DNA of 64,000 bases from Marsupella aquatica (lineage: Eukaryota; Plantae; Marchantiophyta): NCBI GenBank assembly GCA_973895155.1, contig OZ316892.1, positions 29,890,932-29,954,931 of the forward strand. Reading direction: 5' to 3'. The notes beneath the pieces are model-generated. The model worked only from the letters and a program-made list of their open reading frames with translations, had not been told where the DNA came from and made no database searches. Numbering within the stretch: the first letter of the stretch is position 1; each line of letters starts with the position of its first letter. This document shows positions 12,576 to 22,794 of the stretch, piece by piece. Position numbers and translations under genes: made by a program.

Positions 12576-14642
12576 TACTTACTTTGCTTTACACTGTGAA
12601 ACCCAATATGTCTGAACTATTTATATATTTTTTGGTTGTTTTTTCAAAAGCTTGCAAAAAATTAAAAATATAAGTATTTTAATGTGAAACATTGATATAT
12701 CATTGAAAAGACATAAAAATGGTAACTGTGTTTTACCCAATTGTTTGTTGTTCTAAAACTTAATTTTCTAATTTTTGATTTTTTTTACCGTTACTGAGTA
12801 TAATTGTTTTTCTTGCCTTGCATCAAACACGAATAGTTCTGTTTGTTTCTTGTACAGAACATCATTGTTCCTGTTGGTGACTGAACTTGATGATGTGGCT
12901 CAACATGGCGCTAGAGATTTTGGAAGGAGCTTCCCATGGGGGTGCGTAATTAAATCCTCTTTGTGCAACGGACTCAAGTCCTAGAAGCACTTCAGTTGTT
13001 TCCATTCATGTGAATAACACAATTAGTCCTTTAAGGACTTCAATCTTTTTGTGGGACAAAAGAAATCTGAAGTTGTCATCAATTCCCACCAAAATCTAGT
13101 TTGTAAGCATCCCTTTGACAGGATTGGATCCTCCAAGGACTTCCATCTTTCTTGTGTGACACAAGAAATCTGAAGGTGGTCATGAATTCCCACCAAAAGC
13201 TAGATTATGTGATGGGTCCCCATGGAAATTTTGTTACCAACTAGGCCCCTTATGAACTATAAGTTATGTACATATGGTTCTTGTGTTGTGCCTATTTGCA
13301 TGGTCCGCTGTGTGTTGTCCACCAAAGTCCATCGTGTGCCATGTCATAGTCCACCACGTGCTCTCCCAACTGCAGAGCGAGAGTGCAGTCTACCATGGGG
13401 TTCCAATTATGTTATCAACATGGATGTCTATATGTATCATATCCTCAGTTATAGGGGTTTAGGGCATCTACATCACAATGGGATCCGCAGTGTGATATGA
13501 GATTTCCAAAATGAAACCTTCTCTAACATTTCAACTACTACTGACATTTGAGATCCTATCGCTCAGGTTTGTTCTTTGGGAGTGTGATATAATCTCCCAA
13601 TTTTTGTTCTTTGGCAGTGTGATCTGATTTTCCAACTATGTTCTAACAATGAAACTTTCTTAACCGTTCAACTACTAGGAAATTCTAAGATCTTGTCTCT
13701 CAGTTCTTGTCCTTTCGCACATTGCATAAATTTTCAGGAGTGTAGCCTTTGTAACACTTCAACTGCTACTGACAGAGTACAAAGTAAAATCTCCTAAATA
13801 CTCTCAAAATCAATGTCTATTCAGAGGTAAATACTGTTGTCACTGGTCAGATGTGAATACTGTTGTCACTTGTCAGATCTACATAATGAGGCTGCAAGCA
13901 AATAAGAGGCACTATTTAAGCCCAACAGGTCTCTCAGGTTTTATCATTCATTACGTCATTTTGGAGGGCAAGTCTCAAAGGGCACAGGCAGTCTAAACAT
14001 GATCACTGCAAGTTGCAACGACCTTCATTCTTGAAAGCTGCGCCTACCTCCACAGGTTGCAACACTTGACTTTGTGTGCATTCCGTAAGGACAATTGGAG
14101 GGGCTGCCAAAGCCACACTGGTGAGTGGAGCGGTGGCTAGCTGGTGCTCCCTTTTGAAGGTATTACTTGGTCAAGATAAATCTTGGAATCATCTACCAAC
14201 ACATTTTACTCGTCCGATCATACTTGATCAAGTGCCAATATACTAGTTGGGGCCGGCCTATTTGGAAATCTGATAGCTTACAATTCAATGTTCGATCGGT
14301 GTTGTACAATGGTGCTGGATTCCATCTTGGGCAAGCTAGAAGATTGATTTTAAGCTTGTAATTGAATTATCTATATAAATTTCTGCATGAAATATAGCTA
14401 CAGAGCGTTTGAATGGTCTCAATTGTCAGAAGATAATATTAACCTGGTCTCTGAACTGTGCTTCCGTGGGTTAAAAACAGCCAGAGCAGAATTTTCAAAC
14501 TGACCATGATTTGTGCAACCTCAGGTTCAAGGAATTCACGTTAGGAGGATTGAAGGCAGAGGCTTGGAGCATACAATTGAACTGCTTTATAAGTTTTCAG
14601 TTTCCATTTTGGGTTCTACAACGTGCAAACAACACAGCTACA

Positions 14643-15401
14643 ATGGGAAGTCTTGGAGCACCTGGAAATCAAGTGATCCAACCGATGATGGCTGATTCAC
14701 TCGGGCTGCCTCCAGATTTCGCTCCTCTCAACCATCTTAGCCAAGATACCGGTTTAAGCATAATAAATCTTATAGAGCTTGTTGTGCACATTTCTCGGGC
14801 AACCGGTATGAGCGAGAGTTTTTTGTTAACGAACCATAGTCTACGATGGACGTTGGCGCCACTTTACGCAGTTGTCGACATGGCTGGTCTTCCCAATCTT
14901 CCCAAGCATGCAACCGATCCCACGGAAGCCGCAGGCTTGATGACATTTACTGCTGCAGAGGATGGCACACTTGGCTTGACTTCGATTCTCAGAGATCCAA
15001 ACTTAGTCATAAGTCTCTTTGCGGTGATTGAGGCTTCTTGCAATCAAATCCGTCAAGCAACCAATTCCAGTGATACAGCCTTGACATGTCAACGTGCAGC
15101 ATCATATGATCCAAGCATAATTCAAACTCTCACAGCAGCGGTTGAGATTGTCAAGGAATTTGAATTTAGTCGAGTGTTCAATCCAGATGAAGATATAATA
15201 AACGGATCAACCTTCACTCGAGCATTTGCAGCAAGGGTTGCGGGGCTCACTTTTGACAGTCCAGAAAACTGTAGCAGACTTAATAATACAAACTGGACAT
15301 ATCGTGCACTTGAAAACGATCCAAGCTTGACTCGAACTCTTGCAGCAGTGGTTCAGATTCTCAGAGATCTTTGTGTCTCAGCAACCGACCGTCCCACCTG
15401 A
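14643..15401 (+). CDS. Intronless hypothetical protein (252 aa from MGSLGAPG) with internal amphipathic helical repeats
   Basis: 890-bp open frame, ATG in good context (acaATGG). Internal repeats YDPSIIQTLTAAVEIV, NDPSLTRTLAAVVQIL and RDPNLVISLFAVIE. TATA-like ctatttaag at ~13911 and splice-donor-like sites at ~14085/14120 suggest a spliced 5' UTR. No family recognised. Confidence 0.6.
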   Translation: MGSLGAPGNQVIQPMMADSLGLPPDFAPLNHLSQDTGLSIINLIELVVHISRATGMSESFLLTNHSLRWTLAPLYAVVDMAGLPNLPKHATDPTEAAGLMTFTAAEDGTLGLTSILRDPNLVISLFAVIEASCNQIRQATNSSDTALTCQRAASYDPSIIQTLTAAVEIVKEFEFSRVFNPDEDIINGSTFTRAFAARVAGLTFDSPENCSRLNNTNWTYRALENDPSLTRTLAAVVQILRDLCVSATDRPT

Positions 15402-15743
15402 TGCAAATGAAACAATTTCATGCTGCTCTTGAAAGTCTTGTCAAAGGAACTCAATCGATCAATCAACAAATCTCACTGATACAAACACGTGAGATCCTGC
15501 AGCTGAAATGATCCACGATCATACTGAATTGATATCGGGCAACTAGCTGGGCGGCTGATGAGTCGAAGGGTCTCCCCAAGTACAAAGAATAGCCAAATTC
15601 TTGTAGCCTTCACTGTCTACCATGAGCAAGAGCAACCCGCGAGCACAAGAGTATTACTGCTGCATTCTGGAATGAAGAAAGGGAGCAACAGACAGAAGCA
15701 TTGAAGCATGTGATTACTTGCTTCAGTGCTTCAGTACATAGAA

Positions 15744-17270
15744 TCACTGATTGAGAATGATAGGCGGCTGTGTCACTGATGCTGCTGCTGATCTGCTGCT
15801 GTCATGCTCAGTCTCTCGAGGGGTCTCGAAACAAGAATTCTGTATTGCATGGACCAAATGAGCTTGGCACACTCCATCAATAAAATCACAGTCATCCAGC
15901 CAGTCATCACTAACATCAGGAAGTAAGTGATGGTTCCAATGAGCTGCTGAACCACCTTGATTTACATCATCTGAGTAGAAGCATCCCGAAGAATATAAAT
16001 CAGAGGAGCTGTTCGGTTCCACTCGTAATTTCTTTGATGATGAAGGACAAAGGGTTTGGTCGGACCCTATATTGCTCACACTCTGAATTACATCCTCAGG
16101 AGGGCTCAGAGCAGCAGAGGGTGGAGGGCTAGAATCAGCACTAATTTCTGCCTCTCCACAGGCAACGCCACAATCATCTTGCCACCTATCTTCCTGTGCT
16201 GCTTGCACATCTCCACCTGGGTGGGACGCTGCTCCTCTTGGTCCACAGTCTAAGCATGGCAAAGGTCGAGCGGCAACAAGACAAGAATTCGCCCCTGGAA
16301 GCTGCTGTTGACGCACGGGTGCCGTGGGTGTACCAACAATCTGTCCGATGTTAATATTTCGCCTCCGGGAAGCAGCAGCGGCAGCTATTCTGGCTGGACA
16401 AACAATGGACTTTTCTTTCGATCCAGATGACGATGTGCCAGTATTGCTGTAGGGTGTGTCCACTTCGGACCCAAATCGTGTGGACTGATCAACATCAGTG
16501 TCCTCTAGCTCCTCCTGAGGACTGTGACATGTCACCTTCTTCACAAGCTCGCACTCCCTGTGCCAGCCCAAGCTCCCCTCTACATCATCACTCGACCCTG
16601 CTGGGTGTTTATGAATGACAGGACCAGCAGGGAAGCAAGGGGGAGGAGCAGTGCACCGACCACCAGTGGGAAGGTACCCTCCTCCGTGGTCCACAATGTT
16701 TGGAGTAAATCGGACTTTCTGGTAGCTCACATCCTCAAGAGCCTTAAGGTCAGAGTCTATGGCCCGGCGAAGATTTGAGAGAAGACTCCTGAGCCTCTTG
16801 TTTTCTGCAAGGAGGAGGTCAACTGCGTCTTGCCTTGGGCCTTGCTGCTGCAATTTCCTCCGCAACCTCGCGTTCTCTCTCTGGAGCTCAGGAATTCTCT
16901 GGTTCTCCTTCTCCAGCTCTGCATTCCTCACCTCCAAATTTACTTTCACTGCCTTCTGCTTCTCCCTGTACTTCCTCACGGCCTCCTTGTTGCCCGCTGG
17001 CCGTCGCTTCTTGGCTAGCTTCTCATCTTCTCCACTCCCAATGGTGTGGGTGTGGGTGTGCTCGCACGTGTGTGTATGCGTATTGTCTGGGCCTGTGGTG
17101 GGGTTGCAAATGTGCTTGTGGGAACATATTTGTGTCCCGATCAGTGTATCCCAGTCATTCTGAATGACGCTATTGTCATCCATGAAATGTGAGTAGGGCT
17201 CCGAGTGCAGGTCCAGCAAACTTCCTCCCGGGGAATGTGAATCCACTTCTCCATCATCCATCTCTGTCAT
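15744..17270 (-). CDS. F-group bZIP transcription factor (bZIP19/23/24-like zinc-deficiency regulator), intronless CDS, 508 aa
   Basis: Cys/His motif CSHKHICNPTTGPDNTHTHTCEHTHTHT and basic region RRPAGNKEAVRKYREKQKA followed by a leucine zipper are both diagnostic of group F bZIPs. Confidence 0.9.
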   Translation of the reverse strand: MTEMDDGEVDSHSPGGSLLDLHSEPYSHFMDDNSVIQNDWDTLIGTQICSHKHICNPTTGPDNTHTHTCEHTHTHTIGSGEDEKLAKKRRPAGNKEAVRKYREKQKAVKVNLEVRNAELEKENQRIPELQRENARLRRKLQQQGPRQDAVDLLLAENKRLRSLLSNLRRAIDSDLKALEDVSYQKVRFTPNIVDHGGGYLPTGGRCTAPPPCFPAGPVIHKHPAGSSDDVEGSLGWHRECELVKKVTCHSPQEELEDTDVDQSTRFGSEVDTPYSNTGTSSSGSKEKSIVCPARIAAAAASRRRNINIGQIVGTPTAPVRQQQLPGANSCLVAARPLPCLDCGPRGAASHPGGDVQAAQEDRWQDDCGVACGEAEISADSSPPPSAALSPPEDVIQSVSNIGSDQTLCPSSSKKLRVEPNSSSDLYSSGCFYSDDVNQGGSAAHWNHHLLPDVSDDWLDDCDFIDGVCQAHLVHAIQNSCFETPRETEHDSSRSAAASVTQPPIILNQ

Positions 17271-20200
17271 CTCTCAGTGTAATCAAATGTTCCCTTCGTA
17301 GCTTTACCCTTCAAAATCCTAGTCTCCTCCTCTTGTATCCGCTATTCCTTGTTCGCAAGAATGCTTTCGAAACGAGAAAAAGGCCCTCGTCTCCTCCTGC
17401 TCTCCGAACAACCCGCCTGCACGACCAAAACAGCAATTTGCATTTCTGTCTTTAATAGGACAAACTCTCCCAAGAATAGAGAATAGGGTTGGGAAGTAGA
17501 ATTCCATGGAGAATGTTTCAGATTCTTCTTCGGTAGGAGAATCTATGGTGCTCTCAAGAAGTTCAAGCAAGTGTTTTGGCAATCTGAGGTTTTTTATATG
17601 TAACTGCACCTTGACAGAAACAGAGATATCATCCGCCTTGCAAATTCTATCCACTGTAATGGTCAGTGTTGTATTTAACTGTTGAATTGTATGTGCTTGT
17701 GCTTCCAATTGTAGATGATTTAATTATGATTGCCATGAAGATTAATGGTTGTATTCTTGTCAGTCGCCTACTAAGTCACCGGGCAGAGTTGGTCACAGGT
17801 TATAAAACCAACACTAGTCCCCTGCCACTTCATGCAATTTTGCTTGAAGTTCATAACAGGCATTGCACGTGCCCAGGGGTAAAATTAATGTCGACTACAA
17901 CTGGGCTCTAGCAACTTTTGGGGAAAAGCTTAATACTCAGGGCAATCTGAAATTCACACATGTCTGCAATCCAGAACACCTAAATTTTAGTAACTCGTTG
18001 TTGTTGAACCCTTCAAATGCAGTAAGTTCTTCCCCCTGCTGACACAGCTCAAATCCGAAGTACTCTAGAAGCAAGAGATGCAATATTTGAAATTGCAGTC
18101 AAATCTGTCACTCAAAGGCTCGGATAGAGTGCAAATATTCATGTCTACTCCTCAACTGTTGCTGAGCGCAGTGATCTTCTAGCTGCCCTGCTGTTATGTG
18201 CTAAACTCAGGTGACTCATGAGAATCGGATATGCATTTCGCAAGCACTTGATGTTTTATTTCTGCCCACGTTATTACAAAATTGTACGTATAGCTCAAAC
18301 AAGTAAACACTTACTTACAAAGCCAGACTCGTGATTTACGACCTCTGCAAGCCTTTCTTGGCTTGATCCAGCTCCTCTGAGAGATTCAGGAACGCATAAA
18401 CCACAAGAAAATCAGACACTAGTAAACGTTGCTGTAACTAAATGCTTAACAAACTAGCTACACAAGTGCAAGGCCATAAGAAACCCATACGATTGGAGAA
18501 TAGGAAGTGAACTTACTTTGTTGAGAGTTCCTTGCCTTTTCCGCGTCAGACTTGAAGAACAGGGACCCTCGCTTCTGAAACACTGGCTGCACATTGATCG
18601 TAGGAACGTAAGTAGCAATTACAGAAAAAAGTATAGGTGAATGGAACAAGACGCAGTTGGTAAGCATAGAAAGGAAAAAAAAATAGCAAATGCACCCTCA
18701 AGTAGCAGACGAGCACTAATTCCCGAAGCACAAGAAAAGTACAGGACAAATAATGTGAGCATCCTTACCCGGGTTGGAGGTAGACTTTTAAGCTCGGCAC
18801 AAGCAACATCCAATTGATGAACCTGCACTCATCACATCAGAACGTCACAAATCTCAGCTCACTCAAAGCTACGATGCTTATGTGAAGGAGTTTTAGCAAA
18901 TGCAAGCGGTTCCAGAAACAACGGGGACTTCTACTCAGCGATGCACCTGATGTGCCTAGCAAACCTCTGTTCCTAAGCGGCCTTCACCAGGTTAAGGTCC
19001 GAATAGGTGTTCGCGAGTTGGAAACGAACAAAAGTTACCCAAAATGCGTAAGCTGTAGATGCCATAATTCTCTCGGGAGATCTGATCGCAATGCTCTCAA
19101 TATTAGCACAAAAACCCAACTGAGCATTGCCACATTCTATTATGGTCACGTCATCCGTTGATCAGCATCAGTAGGTTCTCGAACTTTCTTGTGCGATGAA
19201 GACCTTGGGTTCGAAGACTTTTTCGGCCATCTCAACTGCTGCAGCAAATCCAGCTGAAAAGAGTCCTACAGTACATCCAGACTAGGGTGGAGCTTCGAGA
19301 TTTAAATCGAGTGATGTAAAATTCCCATTCACGGGATTGTTTCAGCTGCACTGACTCGTTCCTCTCTTCTTGGTTCGACTTCGACAATTTCTATTTGTTG
19401 GGCCCGTGCACTTTATTCATGGGCAGAAGACCATGAGACACGGAACAGCACTGGGTAACGAGAGTCACCCTGATTGTCAGCGTTTTTGGGCGCTGCCCCA
19501 TTGTGTGTGAATCCCGGTGTTCATCAGTGAAGTCAGATGTCTAAAATGCTGCCACATGGAAGTGTCCCGAAGTCACTTCACCCTGAGTATTCACATTTAG
19601 ACCGTTGGGCCAGGGTTAGGAAGTATTCACATTTAGACCTGAGTGGTTGGCCGAGAGAAAATAATCATACGTCTCACTCAGGGGGGGATGAAGTCACGGT
19701 GAGTATTTGGCCTTAGAGTTTAGGATCGACCCTTGACCGACATTTTGACCAGGATGCCAGAACAGGAGGAACCGTATGTGCGGTAAACTCTCTCGTCCCC
19801 GAGTGACTACTCGATTCCTACCAAGGGCAGAAGTAAGTCACAGATTAACAGGAGCAGATCGCAACGTGCTAGATGGCGAAGATTTAGGTCCTTGACCGAG
19901 AGGTGCATCAGGTCTTGAGGTATGACTAAAACGATTTAGAGTGGGTATGGACCCCAAGCTCATAAATCTTATCCCTATCCTCTACCAAATGTAACAGCGA
20001 ACCCACAAATGAAACGGGAATGGAGAAATGGATTACCAATTGTTGTGCATGCTGATCTGCGCTGTGCGTCTCCATGCTCAATTGCCTCCGCCTGTCACCT
20101 GTGTCCACTTTGTGGCCGAAGGCCAATATCGAGGCCGGCCGACCTCTGCCCGAGAGAAGTGGAGAGAAGTGTGAGTGAACCAATTTCTGCTGAATGTCAG

Positions 20201-20394
20201 AAGCTCGACATGAACTCCACTTTTGTGCTGGGTTTGTGTCCACAAGATGCTACTCTCACTAGGACTCGAATCTCACACACTTGCCCCTGAAGGTATGATC
20301 TATGAGTGGTTGGCTTGTGTAGTGGTCATTGCACTTTGCATATCAAAGCGCAAGAGCAGGATACTTAGAATGCACTCAACCATATAAAAGAACA

Positions 20395-20730
20395 ATCTGG
20401 TTCTAAGACTGTGTTCGTGACCTGGTAATTGCAAATTATTACAGACCCCCAAATCTGGTTCTATCTGTGTTCGTGACCTGGTAATTGCAGATTATTACAG
20501 ACCCCCAAATCTGGTTCTATCTTTGTTCGTGACCTGGTAATTGCAAATTATTACAGACCCCCAAATCTGGTTCTATCTGTGTTCGTGACCTGGTAATTGC
20601 AAATTATTACAGACCCCCAAATCTGGTTCTATCTGTGTTCGTGACCTGGTAATTGCAAATTATTACAGACCCCCAAATCTGGTTCTATCTGTGTTCGTGA
20701 CCTGGTAATTGCAAATTATTACAGACCCCC
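20395..20730. repeat. 56-bp tandem repeat, 6 near-identical copies
   Basis: (g/t)tgttcgtgacctggtaattgcaaattattacagacccccaaatctggttctatct begins at 20411, 20467, 20523, 20579, 20635 and 20691. Units are identical apart from 2 substitutions and have no spacers. Confidence 0.97.
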
Positions 20731-21514
20731 TGAGGGTCCCTTGCAAAATTCCTGACCCCAGAGGGTCAGGAGCTTAGCTTTTGCGTTTACTCCTTGCAAG
20801 CGAGAATTTTTTAATGTATTTTCCTAGGTAAGAAAGACTGAATTGGCTGTAAAATAATTGTTAAGATTTGGGCCTGATCCACAAACTGTTTTGGATGGCT
20901 GGTGAAACCTCAAAAGAATTTTGTGATGTAAATTTCAAGAACATTCAAAGTATTTTGATGTAAACACTTAATATTATTTAATACTAAATTGAGAAAACTA
21001 AATCAGGAGAATAATATTTTAGCTTATTTCCTAGAATAAAAATATTTCATATTTTGAGTTAAACCTAAGTGGTGGTAATCCACAATTATTTCTTCCAAAT
21101 ACTCAGATTTATGACACTGGTGGTGCCTCCTTTTAGACAGGGTATATGTTGCACTTTAGAGTACTTAGAAGTTCACTATTCTTCTTGGGGCTCGTGAAAT
21201 ATTTCAGCTTTTGCTCTGATTTTTCTCATATTTTCTCTCCTTTATGGTGTCTCTTGCCTTTGGGATTTCTCCCCTTTATTTGGGTTTCTTGCCTTAAAAC
21301 CCTTCACTAGCCATATAAAATGTAAAATGGGGAAGTGTTCAAGACTCACTTTTTCACTTTACTCTCATTCTTTTCCTCTCCTATTCCATATTGCTCCACA
21401 AATTCATGAAAGGGTCCTATTTATGGGAAACCTGGTGTAACCAGATTTTTTTTGTCATGGCTAGTGGTGGTTTAAGATCTTGTATCCAGGTTTTTGCACT
21501 TCAGTTCGTTGCCA

Positions 21515-22090
21515 CTGTCATATGTAATTGGTAGAAGTATGCATATGAAAAGCATGACCCACAAGCTGTGTATGACTTGAAGGCTATGTAAAGCCTTCTC
21601 AAACTGGTTCAGCTCTTCAGATCCAGATTCACTTCAGTGCTTCTCATCTTATCGTGCCAGCCGGTAAACATGTCTTGGTTCAAAAATTTCATTATCTCGA
21701 CAGATCGGTGCAAATGAGTGGAGCACTAGCAACGAAGCAGCATGAGAAAGTACTAGAAGGGGACACGAAAACAATTCCGTATTGAATGCCGGAATGCAAG
21801 TGATCGAAGTGGATGGGTATGTCTAAAAAGCTATCTTTCCTTGCCAGGATCGAGTTCAGAGACACCTCCTGTAGATAAGTTTAAATGATTTTGTGTCGCT
21901 GACATAATGGTGCTGCTGAGGAATTGTGTTGACATCCTTGGGTAGGTTCGAATGATTAACGGGGGTTAGAACTTCTTCACAAGATCATACTCTGTAGCCC
22001 GTCTTTACACTATGGTTCATATTTTTTTCACTTGATACGAAAGTCCTAGGAAACGTTTAGCGGTCAGGAATGCGGTTTGAGAATCTGCAG
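21515..22090 (+). pseudogene. Partial duplicate of the methyltransferase gene (decayed exon 5, intron, exon 6, intron start)
   Basis: Collinear with ~24430-24945, e.g. cagatccagattcacttcagtgct, ccagccggtaaacatgtc, gagaaagtactagaaggggaca, caattccgtattgaatgccggaatgcaagtgatcgaagtggatggg and aagtcctaggaaacgtttag. Carries indels and frameshifts. Confidence 0.9.
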
Positions 22091-22794
22091 GTAAGCCCTA
22101 AACCCTGCAAAGATTGGCAGAGGGAAGAGAGGATGAGAGGACGAGTATGTTTTGAGAGACACCTAATCAATGCGGAGGTCGGCACGTACAACAGGTCCAG
22201 GATTCAGCTGCAGGACACTTGTTATGAGCCACCTTGTAAGTTTTTATATTCTGTGTCTGGCTGTTGTCCGCGTATACTTCGGCTCCGTGGTGTGAAATTA
22301 TTTGTGCTACATGTGCCTCATTGTTCTTTACGGTGGTTTTGCAGATCAAGGAGGGACACTATATCTCGTGGAGGAAGTTAATTGTAAAATCCATGACTCA
22401 TCATTGACTAGGAAACTAGAGACTGGACAAGGAAAAATAAATTCATCACGTGGCGGTGACCATGATGCACCGCAACAGCAGCTGCCTGCTCGTCTCGTCA
22501 TGTACACTATCTATTTCCTCTTCTTTGAAAGACCTTTCTCTTCCGAGTGGAATTTGCATGTGTCCTTTGTGAGTGAAATTGGCTTTTTGTATCTTTCAAG
22601 GAATTTACACAGAGAATGCGAAAGAACAAATTTTATGAAATATCTGATTGTTTTGTAAAAGTGGTCATTGCAAGAAAAATGCAGTGCGCAGTTCCGAATT
22701 GAGATATAGCAATTCTTGTTGTGGCCTTACCGTCCGTCCGAAAAGTCGTTCATTTCGCCGAGTGCGCGAGTGTAATCGAATTCGCAACGTTGTT

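Noticed and set aside
17319-17708. 129-aa ORF or uORF upstream of the bZIP
   Set aside because: It starts at TTG, has no recognisable motif, and the 5' UTR exon structure is unknown, so it may be intronic.
14872-17898. ZDRE-like sites (TTGTCGACAT ~14872; ATGTCGACTA ~17888) near the F-bZIP
   Set aside because: Both mismatch the RTGTCGACAY consensus and one lies in coding sequence. Such partial matches are expected by chance.
20395-20730. Regular repeat array resembling CRISPR
   Set aside because: The units are contiguous identical 56-mers with no unique spacers, the context is eukaryotic and there are no cas genes.
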